The notes under the pieces: model-generated
Told to the model about the DNA's origin: nothing
The model's database searches: none
The model's input: only the letters and a program-made list of their open reading frames with translations
Position numbers and translations under genes: made by a program
Shown: piece by piece, positions 45,934-54,850 of the stretch
Numbering within the stretch: position 1 is the first letter of the stretch
Layout of the letters: each line of letters opens with the position of its first letter
Assembly: GCA_963842525.1 (NCBI GenBank)
Contig: CAWJGT010000009.1
Location: 1,088,001 to 1,152,000, forward strand
Origin: an uncultured Holophagales bacterium
GTDB lineage: Bacteria > Acidobacteriota > Thermoanaerobaculia > Multivoradales > UBA5704
DNA: 64,000 nucleotides
Reading direction: 5' to 3'

Positions 45934-47151
45934 ATGCGCAAGAAATGGGTGATCGCCAGTGCCGCAGTGGTGCTCGTGACGGGCAGTCTCGTGGTGGCCC
46001 GCGCGACGACCCGCTCCCAGCCGGAGGAGCGGGAGTCGCCGTTCCGCCTCGGCAAGGTGCAGGCCGAGGACCTGCAGGTGAGCGTGCGCGAGGTGGGTGT
46101 GGTGGATCCCGAGATCAAGGTGGACGTCAAGTCCGCCGTGTCCGGCCGCATCCTGGACCTCCGTGTCCGCGAGGGCGATGTGGTGCGGACCGGGCAGGTC
46201 CTGGCCGAGGTCGAGCCCGACGTCAACCAGGCGCAGTCGCTCTCCGACGTCAAGGCCGCGGTGAGCCAGGCCGACCTCAAGCTGCGCGACGCCGAGCGCG
46301 AGCTCGCGGCGCAGACGGCGCTGTTCGAGGCGGGCCTGATCCCCAGCCAGACCCTGAACAACTATCAGACCTCGCGCGACCTCGCCGCCGAGACCCTGGC
46401 CAACGCCCGGTCGCGCTACCAGATCGTCGAGGACCGCGGCATTCCGATCTCCGGCGCCTCGTCCACGCCAGAAGGCGCGGGTCACCGTCGCCCATGTCCG
46501 GCGTGGTCATCACCAAGGGCGTCGAGCTCGGCGAGACCGTGACCTCCGGCGTCTCCTCGTTCAACGACGGCACGGTGATGTTCACGGTCGCCGATCTCAA
46601 ATCGCTCCTCATCCGCGTCAACCTGAACGAGGTGGACATCGCCAAGGTGCGCGTCGGCCAGCCGGTGCGCGTCACGCTCGACGCCTATCCCCAGAAGATC
46701 TTCGACGGCAAGGTGCGCTTCGTCGCCCCGGCCGCCAAGGTGGTGGACAAGATCAAGGTGTTCGAGATCGAGGTCGCGCTCGACCAGCTCGACGAGTCCT
46801 TCCGCACCGGCATGAGCGCCAACGTCGAGATCCTCGGCGAGAGCGCGCCCGCACGCTCTGTCGATCCCTCTCGAGGCCCTCCAGCGGCGCGACGGGCAGA
46901 CGGTCGTCTATCGCCTGAAGAGCCGCCTCTCGCCGGAGCAGATCGAGGAGGCGCGCGAGGCCCTCGACGGCCGCAGCAAGTTCGTCTGGCTGTCCGAGAA
47001 CTGGAAGGAGTACTTCGAGCCGGTGCCGGTGAAGGCGGGGATCGCGACGCTGGAGCGGGCCGAGGTCATGGCCGGTCTCCGCGACGGCGATCAGGTGGCG
47101 CTCGAAGACGTGACGCGCAAGAAGGTCGAGAAGGACGACGAGAACAACTGA
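45934..47151 (+). CDS. Periplasmic adaptor subunit (MacA-like); at least 2 frameshifts
   Basis: [29 protein letters not shown] and GLRDGDQV found across three frames. Confidence 0.85.
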
Positions 47152-47171
47152 TCCCGGGACGAGGAACAGCC

Positions 47172-47868
47172 ATGAAAATCATCGAAACCCGGGGCCTGAC
47201 CAAGGTCTACGGCAGCGACGAGCAACGCGGTCCATGCGCTCCGCGGCATCGATCTGGACGATCGAGCGCGGCGAGCTCGTGGCCCTGATCGGCCCTTCGG
47301 GGTCGGGCAAGAGCACGCTGATGGCCATCCTGGGCTGCCTCGACACGCCCGACGGGCGGCAGCTACGCCCTCGACGGCCGGCAGGTGGAGAAGCTCTGCG
47401 GGCGCCGAGCTCGCGGCGATCCGCAACGAGAAGATCGGGTTCGTCTTCCAGCAGTACAACCTGCTGCCCAAGGCGACGATCCTGCGCAACGTCGAGCTGC
47501 CGATGCTCTACGCCGGCGTGCCCCGCAAGGAGCGCCGGCAGCGGGCCCTGGAGCTGCTCGAGCGGGTGGGAATCCCGGACAAGGCCAACACGCTGCCCGG
47601 CGCGCTCTCCGGCGGCCAGCGCCAGCGCGTGGCCATCGCCCGCGCCCTCGCCAACCGGCCGGCGCTGCTGCTCGCCGACGAGCCCACGGGCGCGCTCGAT
47701 TCGAAGACCGGCCAGGAGGTGCTCGCGCTGTTCCAGGAGCTGCACGCCCAGGGCAACACCGTCCTGCTGGTGACCCACGACCCGGCGATCGCCGCCCTGG
47801 CGGAGCGCCGCGTCGAGCTGCACGACGGCCTCCTCAATCTCCAGGAGCGCCGGGAGGAGGCGGCGTGA
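47172..47868 (+). CDS. ABC transporter ATP-binding protein (MacB/LolD-like); frameshifted
   Basis: [39 protein letters not shown]. Confidence 0.88.
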
Positions 47869-49118
47869 AGACCAGCGGCGCCTTCCGCGAGCGTCTGCTC
47901 GAGGCGTGGATCGAGCTGCGGCAAAACCCCGGACGCTCGTTCCTCCAGGCCCTGGGCGTGATGCTGGGCGTCGCCTCGGTGCTCGGCGGATTCTCGATTT
48001 CCGACAGCCAGCGGCACCAGGCGGAGCGCCTCTTCGCCCGCATCGGCGGCATCGACAAGCTGAACGTGCTGCCCACCGACACCGCCTACCAGGGCACGCC
48101 GAGCGCGCTGCAGAACGCCAACCTCGGCCTGCGCCTGGAAGACGCGGCCGAGGGCGGGCGGCTCGCCTCCGCCAAGGCGGTCAATGCCACCAGCGTGGTC
48201 CGGGAGGCCCGGGCGCGGGTGCGCTCGGAATTCGCCGACCAGGAGCGCGACGTCAGCGGCATCGGCGCCGACTATGTCGCCATGAACGGATATGAGATCG
48301 AGCAGGGCCGCGCCTTCTCGGCCCACGACTATCGAGACCGGCGCGCCGGTGGCGATCCTGGGCTCGCAGGCGGCGAGCGTGTTCTTCCCGACCGGCGAGA
48401 TCGTGGGCAAGTCCGTGCGCATCGGCGAGGTGCCGGTGCGGTGATTGGCGTCTTTGCCGAGAAAACCTTCCGTTTCCGCGAAGGCCAGGAGAACGTCTTC
48501 GCCTGGCGCAACCGGATCGTGGCCGTGCCCTCTCTGCTGGTCGCCGCGCCGCATGGAGGGGGACGACTACCACCGCCTGGACCGCGTCACCTTCCGGGTG
48601 CCCGACCTCGCGGCCATGGCGGACTTCTCCAAGGAGCTGTCCTCCCTGGTCACGGCCAACCACCGCCTGCAGGACGACTTCCGCCTCGACGACGTGGCCA
48701 AGCGCCTGGAGCGCCAGATGAGCCAGGAGGACGTCTACAACATCATCTTCATGCTCTCGGGCGTGCTCGCGCTCATCGGCGGTGGCATGGTCAACGTCAA
48801 CATCCAACTCGCCTCGCTCAAGGAGCGGGTGCGCGAGGTGGGCGTCAAGATGGCGCTCGGCGCTCCGGGCCGCGAGATCTTCAAGGCGTTCATGACCGAG
48901 GCCTTGCTGCTGACCCTGCTCGGCAGCGTCGCCGGCTTTCTCGTCGGCATCGTCTTCTCGTGGGTGATCACGCGGTCGATCGGCATCCCGTTGATGATCG
49001 CGCCGCTGAGCTTCGTCTGGGCCACGGCCCTGGCCCTCGTCTTCGGCTTCCTGTTCGCCCTCTACCCGCGGCCAAGGCCAGCCGCCAGTCGCCGATGGAG
49101 GCGCTGCGCTATGAGTGA
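47865..49118 (+). CDS. ABC permease (MacB/FtsX family); frameshifted
   Basis: RSFLQALGVMLGV, ERVREVGVKMALGA, PMEALRYE. Confidence 0.85.
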   Translation: MKTSGAFRERLLEAWIELRQNPGRSFLQALGVMLGVASVLGGFSISDSQRHQAERLFARIGGIDKLNVLPTDTAYQGTPSALQNANLGLRLEDAAEGGRLASAKAVNATSVVREARARVRSEFADQERDVSGIGADYVAMNGYEIEQGRAFSAHDYRDRRAGGDPGLAGGERVLPDRRDRGQVRAHRRGAGAVIGVFAEKTFRFREGQENVFAWRNRIVAVPSLLVAAPHGGGRLPPPGPRHLPGARPRGHGGLLQGAVLPGHGQPPPAGRLPPRRRGQAPGAPDEPGGRLQHHLHALGRARAHRRWHGQRQHPTRLAQGAGARGGRQDGARRSGPRDLQGVHDRGLAADPARQRRRLSRRHRLLVGDHAVDRHPVDDRAAELRLGHGPGPRLRLPVRPLPAAKASRQSPMEALRYE

Positions 49119-50410
49119 CGTGCTCGCTTTTTCCGCTGCCACTGGCGACCCGGGCACCACCCGGCGCCAGCGGTCCCTGGGCGTGCGCCTCGCCCTGGTC
49201 TGGGAGGTCATCACCGGCGGCCTGATCGAGCTGTGGGCGCACAAGCTGCGCTCGGTCCTCACGCTGACCCTGCTCATGCTCGGCGTCTTCGCCCTGGTGG
49301 TGATGACCTCGGTGCTCGACGGCGTCAAGGACAAGATCTCCACCGGTTTCGCCGGTATGAGCTGGGACGGCACGCTCTATCCTCACTCCCCGGCGAGCGA
49401 AGACCTCCGAGGAGCAGAAGCGTTTCGCCATGAGCACCGGCCTGCGCTACGAGGATCTGGCGCGTATCGCCGCGCCGCACCCGCAGGTGCTGGGGTTCTC
49501 CCCGCGCGCCACGAAGCGGAGCATCGTGCGGGTGGCGGACGGCGGCGAGCGCATTTTCGTCAACGGCGTCACCGCCGAATATTCGTTCCTGATGGACCGC
49601 CCCGTGGGTCTCGGCCGCGGGATCACCGAGGACGACCAGCGGCGGCACTCGGCCGTGGCGGTCGTGGGCGCCACGCTCGCCTCGAAGCTCTTCGGCGGCA
49701 GCGATCCGGTGGGGCGCGACGTGGTGATCGAAGGCGTGCCCTATCGCATCGTGGGCGTGCTGGCCGGAGGTCAGATCTTCAACGAAGAGCTGTACCAGGA
49801 CTCCAACGGCGTCCTCATCCCGCTGGAGACCTACATGGACCGCATGGATACCGACCACCAGCTCACGCTCGTGGGGGTGAAGATGAAGTCCACGCGGGAC
49901 CTTGAGGAGGTCTCGGCCGCGATGCTCGCCCGCGCGCGCCAAGCCCATCACGGCATCGAGGACGTGGAGGTCAAGGATCTGGACGCCGAGCTGGCGCGCG
50001 CCTCCCAGGACTTCCAGCAGCAGATGCGCGGCTGGTCCGTGGTGCTGTTCAGCCTCGCGGGCACGGTGCTCCTGGTGGGCGGCGTGGGCGTGCTGTCGGT
50101 GATGCTGATCTCCTTCTCGGACCGGCGCTACGAGATCGGCCTGCGCAAGGCGATCGGCGCCGACGACCACCAGATCCTGGTGCAGTTCCTGCTGGAGGCC
50201 CTGGTGCTGGCCGCGATCGGCGCCTCGATCGGCACACTGGCCGGCAGCGCCCTCTGCCGCGCCCTCTCCGACAAGTTCCCCTGGGGCCTGGTGGTCAACC
50301 CCTACGGCCTCGCCGCCGCCTGGGGCATCGCCCTCGTCCTCGCCGTCGCCTTCGGCCTCTACCCGGCCATCCGGGCGGCGCGGTTGTCGCCGATGGAGGC
50401 GATGCGGTAA
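49111..50410 (+). CDS. ABC permease (MacB/FtsX family); frameshift near 49400
   Basis: KLRSVLTL, EIGLRKAIGA, YPAIRAARLSPMEAMR. Confidence 0.87.
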
Positions 50411-50434
50411 CGCTTTTCTGCTAGGCTCTCTCCA

Positions 50435-50638
50435 ATGGCGAAGCCTACAGTGAAGCGTGAGCAGGTCCTGGGGCAGTATCTCCGGGGCGAGATCCCCAGA
50501 GCGCAGGCGATCGAGCGTGTGGGAATCGCCTGGGTGCTCCTCGTCGAACGCCAGTATGCGGCCGTGGCCGAGGACCTGGCATGGGCCCGGGGCGGGACAC
50601 CTGCGCGATCTCTGACCAGAACTACTTCGCGACCGTAA
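50435..50638 (+). CDS. Small hypothetical protein (antitoxin-like)
   Basis: 67 aa; YLRGEIPRAQAIE helix-turn pattern. Confidence 0.5.
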   Translation: MAKPTVKREQVLGQYLRGEIPRAQAIERVGIAWVLLVERQYAAVAEDLAWARGGTPARSLTRTTSRP

Positions 50639-50672
50639 CCGATCAGATCGAAGGGCGTTGGGAGTCTGCGTT

Positions 50673-51530
50673 GTGAGCTGGTTACTGTTCCTTGACGAGA
50701 GCGGCCACGACCATCGGACCATGGCCGCCGAGCTCTGGCCGTTCGTTCAGGACATGCAGCGGCTGGAGTTGGCAGCGTTTGGGACGGAGCTGAATCAGTT
50801 CCGGACGGAGCTGAAAGGCTGCAAGCTCCTCGACAAGGATCGATTCAAGTGGGCGACGCAGGGGCAACGGATGTCCGACGAGGAGCGCCGTAAGCACTGC
50901 CGGGGCTTCTTCACCAAGGGGCTGGAAAAGAGGCCGCCATCGCGCACCGAGTTCATAGCCTACGGGCAGGCGTGCCTGGAGATGGCGACGGGGACCTTCG
51001 AGCTGCTTCGGGACCATAAGGCACGGCTTTTTGCGTCGGCGATTCCGTGCAACGTCGTGAAACCAGAAACATTCGAGGCCGAGGAATTCCTGCGAAAGGA
51101 TCACGTATTCCTGCTCGAACGTTACTTCTGCCTGCTTGAGCAGGAGAAGCAGCACGGCCTGCTCGTGATGGATGAGGTGGAAAAGACCGAAGATCGGCGG
51201 TTCGTGCGCCGCCTGGAAGCGTACTTCCGCAGGTCTCAGATAGGGCGATACCGGTCGACGTGGATCGTGCCGACGCCGTTCTTCGTATCCTCGGACATGA
51301 CCTATCCCGTCCAGGCAGCAGACCTGGCAATCTACTGTGTGAATTGGGGTTTCCGCCTGCCGACCCGCGGGATGAACGCGGTGGCGCGAAGGGAGATCGC
51401 CGACGACTTCGGGAGATGGCTTGCCCAGCTTCAGTTCCAGGGGCAAGGCTACCGGGACGGCTCTGTCTACGAGCTCTATGGCATCGTCTTCGTGCCGGAC
51501 CCGTACACAGCTAGGCGAGGTGAAGAATAA
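50673..51530 (+). CDS. DUF3800 family protein (RNase H-like)
   Basis: N-terminal LFLDESG and C-terminal VQAAD (QxxD) motifs. Confidence 0.88.
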   Translation: MSWLLFLDESGHDHRTMAAELWPFVQDMQRLELAAFGTELNQFRTELKGCKLLDKDRFKWATQGQRMSDEERRKHCRGFFTKGLEKRPPSRTEFIAYGQACLEMATGTFELLRDHKARLFASAIPCNVVKPETFEAEEFLRKDHVFLLERYFCLLEQEKQHGLLVMDEVEKTEDRRFVRRLEAYFRRSQIGRYRSTWIVPTPFFVSSDMTYPVQAADLAIYCVNWGFRLPTRGMNAVARREIADDFGRWLAQLQFQGQGYRDGSVYELYGIVFVPDPYTARRGEE

Positions 51531-51586
51531 AGAAAGGAGGCAACGCTTTCGGAGCCACCCGAGAGCAGCCCCTGAGCCGAGCCTCC
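51526..51586 (-). ncRNA. Candidate DUF3800-associated small structured RNA
   Basis: GGAGGC/GCCTCC closing stem, inner 8-bp hairpin, U-rich tail on the - strand, promoter-like site directly upstream. Confidence 0.55.
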
Positions 51587-51592
51587 ACAGAG

Positions 51593-51621
51593 ATTATCGT
51601 CTATTGGTCTCTCAAACACAA
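51593..51621 (-). promoter_or_regulatory. Putative sigma70 promoter of the sRNA
   Basis: TTGTGT-17 bp-GATAAT on the - strand, 6 nt before the stem. Confidence 0.5.
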
Positions 51622-51666
51622 GGGCGTCTTTGCTCCAGGAACCGCAGGGCCGCCTGCAACTCGCTT

Positions 51667-51966
51667 CTGTCGGTGATGCGCACCTCCTTCTCGGACCGGC
51701 GCTACGAGATCGGCCTGCGCAAGGCGATCGGCGCCGACGACCACCAGATCCTGGTGCAGTTCCTGCTCGAGGCCCTAGTGCTGGCCGCGCTTGGCGCCTC
51801 GATCGGCACGCTGGCCGGCCGCGCCCTCTCCGACAAGTTTCCCTGGGGCCTGGTGGTCAACCCCTACGGCCTCGCCGCCGCCTGGGGCATCGTACTCGCC
51901 GGGGCCTTCGGCCTCTACCCGGCGATCCGGGCGGCGCGGTTGTCGCCGATGGAGGCGATGCGGTAG
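51667..51966 (+). pseudogene. Diverged duplicate of the permease 3' end (50093-50410)
   Basis: Near-identical SFSDRRYEIG...PMEAMR* with two small in-frame deletions. Confidence 0.9.
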
Positions 51967-51973
51967 GCGGGCG

Positions 51974-52198
51974 TCAAAGCACGATGCAGAAGGGGTCGCA
52001 CGAGCCGCAGTAGACCGGATTGCTTCCGTCGTCGCAGGCGTAGTATCTGCACTCCCTCTGGAGCTCTGGACCGCAGGGGAAGCACTCCGAGGTGACATAG
52101 AGGCAAAACGGGTCTGCCGTCGCCGTTGTCGAGCCTGCGAGGGTGATGACAGCGAGCATCGCCAGCAGAGCGAAGAATCGGAGACAGGTCTTACGCAC
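51974..52198 (-). CDS. Secreted cysteine-rich peptide
   Basis: SD AAGGAGGT, signal peptide ending ATA, 46-aa mature part with 8 Cys. Confidence 0.75.
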   Translation of the reverse strand: MRKTCLRFFALLAMLAVITLAGSTTATADPFCLYVTSECFPCGPELQRECRYYACDDGSNPVYCGSCDPFCIVL

Positions 52199-52363
52199 AG
52201 GGCACCTCCTTCCGCACGCAGCGGGGCAGTGGGTAGTCTATAAGAAACGGTGTGACAGCGCGCCGAACCGGGACGGCAGCACGCTCCTCTGCCGGCTTAT
52301 GCCGTGGATGCGCGAGCTTCACTCGCCTCGCAGTGCAGCGCGTGCGCCGGCCTCGGACATGAC

Positions 52364-53600
52364 CTATCCCGTCCAGGCAGCAGGCCTGAAGAGCAGCCAG
52401 CGGTCGAGAACGGCCGCCAGGTCGGTGATCTGGAACGGTTTCGTCAGATAGTCGTTCATTCCCGCCGCGAAGCAACGATCAACCTCCTCTTTCAAGGCGG
52501 AGGCGGTCACCGCGATGATCGGTAGGTTGCCGCAATTTGTCTTGCAGGCGCAGGCGGCGCGTCGCCTCGTAACCATCCATCACCGGCATGCGGCAATCCA
52601 TCAACACTGCGTCGAAGCGCTCCTGGGAGAAAGCGGTCACGGCCTCCAGACCCGTTGTCCACCACCGTACAGCGGTAGCCCAGGATCTCGAGCTGGCGGG
52701 TGATGATCATGCGATTGACCGCGTCGTCGTCGGCCATGAGGATGCGGAAGCGCGCGCGCAGCGCCTCCTGTGGCATCCGCAGCTCGGCGACCCCCCAGGA
52801 GGCACTGCGGTCAGGGCCGGCTCCCAGGCGCGGTCGAATGGCAGGACGAACCGGAAGGTCGAGCCCTTGCCCGGTGCGCTTGCGAGAGGCGTTGTCCAAC
52901 ACCAGGGCTCCGAACACCTGGCCGCCGGAAATCAGCGGCACCCCCAGAAGGGACTTCACTCCGAAGGCGGTGACCCAATCCTGATGAACCAGCTCCGATC
53001 CCCGGGCATCGGCAATCGCCAGGGGCCGGCGGGCGCGCGCCACGGCGTCGACGAACGGCATCTTGCCGGCACGGCGGCGCGCCATCGCTTTGAACCGTTC
53101 CCACGCCCCGGGCTCGGCGACGTCCCGGACCATCTGCGACGTCGCCGGGGTGACCTCGCCGGTGGCGGCGTTCCACAAGAAGACCGCGCAGCGGTCCGCC
53201 TGGCACAGTTCCGCCGTCTTCAAGCAGACCTCCCGCAGGAGCGCCCGTGCGTCGCCCCCGGACCCCACGACGCGAGCAATTTCGGACAGCTTGTCGAGCT
53301 GCGAGCGGCCGGCCTCCTGCTCTCCGCTGAGAGAGGCGACCAAGGGGGCCGCCAGGGCGGCATAGGCTCGGAGGGTCGCGAGATCCTCGCCGGAGAGCGG
53401 CGCGCCTGCCGTGTGCGTCACGAGGGCTCCCCGCACGGCGCCGTGCACACGGACCGACAGCAGCGCCACCGAGGGTGCGGGCTGCGGATCACCGAGGCCG
53501 CCGCTGTCCCAGGGCGCGAGCCACGGCGAGGCAAGGGCGACCTCGTCCGCCTCGGATCGCGGTGCTGCGCCGCTGCGCCTGGCCCGCCAGATGTCCGCCT
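52364..53600 (-). pseudogene. Collapsed hybrid sensor kinase (GAF, HATPase tail, receiver)
   Basis: GAF (SLLGVPL..FGALVL) abuts PGKGSTFRF; frameshifted receiver ILMADDD...MDCRMP...AGMNDYLTKP; no HisKA domain. Confidence 0.7.
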
Positions 53601-53663
53601 TACTTGCGCTTTGGGCCTCCTTGAGCTACGATGACTGCCAACCTGTCAACCAGGAGGCTTGTC

Positions 53664-54098
53664 ATGAACAGGGGTCTACAGAAGCCGTCGGCTGCTTTCA
53701 TCGGTGCGTCGTGGGCAGTTCTGCTGATCGGGGCGGTCGCCTATCTGATCGGCCTGTGGAACGCCGACATGCAACTGAACGAGAAGGGCTATTACTTCAC
53801 GATCCTCATGTACGGGCTTTTTGCCGCCGTCTCTCTCCAGAAGAGCGTTCGCGACCGAGTGGAGGGCATCCCCGTCACGAGCATCTATTTTGCGCTTTGC
53901 TGGGTCTCGCTGGGGATCGCAGTCGTGCTCCTGGCTGTGGGGCTGTGGAATGCCCCGCTGGCTCCGAGTGAAAAGGGTTTCTACGCGATGTCCTTCGTGC
54001 TGAGCCTCTTTGCCGCGGTCGCCGTGCAGAAGAACATCCGTGACGTTGCTGTTTTTGGAGATGACGGGCCTCAGGCCAGAGAAGGGGACGATGTCTGA
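53664..54098 (+). CDS. yiaA: Inner membrane protein YiaA
   Basis: Two YiaAB repeats: GLWNA..LNEKGYY...QKSVRD and GLWNA..SEKGFY...QKNIRD. Confidence 0.93.
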   Translation: MNRGLQKPSAAFIGASWAVLLIGAVAYLIGLWNADMQLNEKGYYFTILMYGLFAAVSLQKSVRDRVEGIPVTSIYFALCWVSLGIAVVLLAVGLWNAPLAPSEKGFYAMSFVLSLFAAVAVQKNIRDVAVFGDDGPQAREGDDV

Positions 54099-54153
54099 CC
54101 CCTCCGCCGTCCGTTGAGGCCGTGGCGGCGTTCGACCGCCGGTAGGGCGGAGC

Positions 54154-54786
54154 CTACTGCACCACCCGGGCCTTCAGGCGGTCCGGATACTGCTTGCGCA
54201 ATTTTTCCACCTTGGGCGCGGCCGTGTACTGGATGTACGGCTGCATGGGATTGCGCGCCGCGTAGTCCTGGTGGTACGACTCGGCACGGTAGTAGGCCTC
54301 CAGGGGCTCCAACCGCGTCGCGATCGGCGCGCCGAGCACGCCGGCTTCGTCGAGCTGCCGGATGTAGGCCTCGGCAATCCGCTTTTGCTCCTCGTCCGCG
54401 TAGAAGATGGACGAGCGGTACTGCCGGCCGCGGTCCGCGCCCTGGCGGTCGACCTGGGTCGGATCATGGGCGACCGAGAAGAAGACCTTGAGCAACTGGC
54501 CGAAGCTCACCCGGGTGGGATCGAAATGCACCTCGATGGCCTCCGCATGGTCCGTCCGGCCTGAGCAGACTGCCTGGTAGTCGGCCGTCTCGGCCGTGCC
54601 GCCCGCATAGCCCGAGGTCACGTCCAGCACGCCGTCGATCTCCTTGTAGACGGCTTCGACGCACCAGAAACAGCCGCCGGCCAGCACCGCCGTCTGCGGG
54701 CTGGCGTTCGGGTCCGGGGTGATATCGAGCAACGGATCGGGAAAGTCGTTCGGCTTCACACGGGGGATGTCACAACTGAGGTCCAT
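54154..54786 (-). CDS. msrA: Peptide-methionine (S)-S-oxide reductase
   Basis: GGCFWC, GYAGG, HDPTQ, QYRS, AESYHQDY. Confidence 0.96.
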   Translation of the reverse strand: MDLSCDIPRVKPNDFPDPLLDITPDPNASPQTAVLAGGCFWCVEAVYKEIDGVLDVTSGYAGGTAETADYQAVCSGRTDHAEAIEVHFDPTRVSFGQLLKVFFSVAHDPTQVDRQGADRGRQYRSSIFYADEEQKRIAEAYIRQLDEAGVLGAPIATRLEPLEAYYRAESYHQDYAARNPMQPYIQYTAAPKVEKLRKQYPDRLKARVVQ

Positions 54787-54850
54787 GGTGTTCCTCCTTG
54801 ACGCCCATTGTACGACGGGCGTCAAGGAGGGGATTCACCGGCAGGTTACC

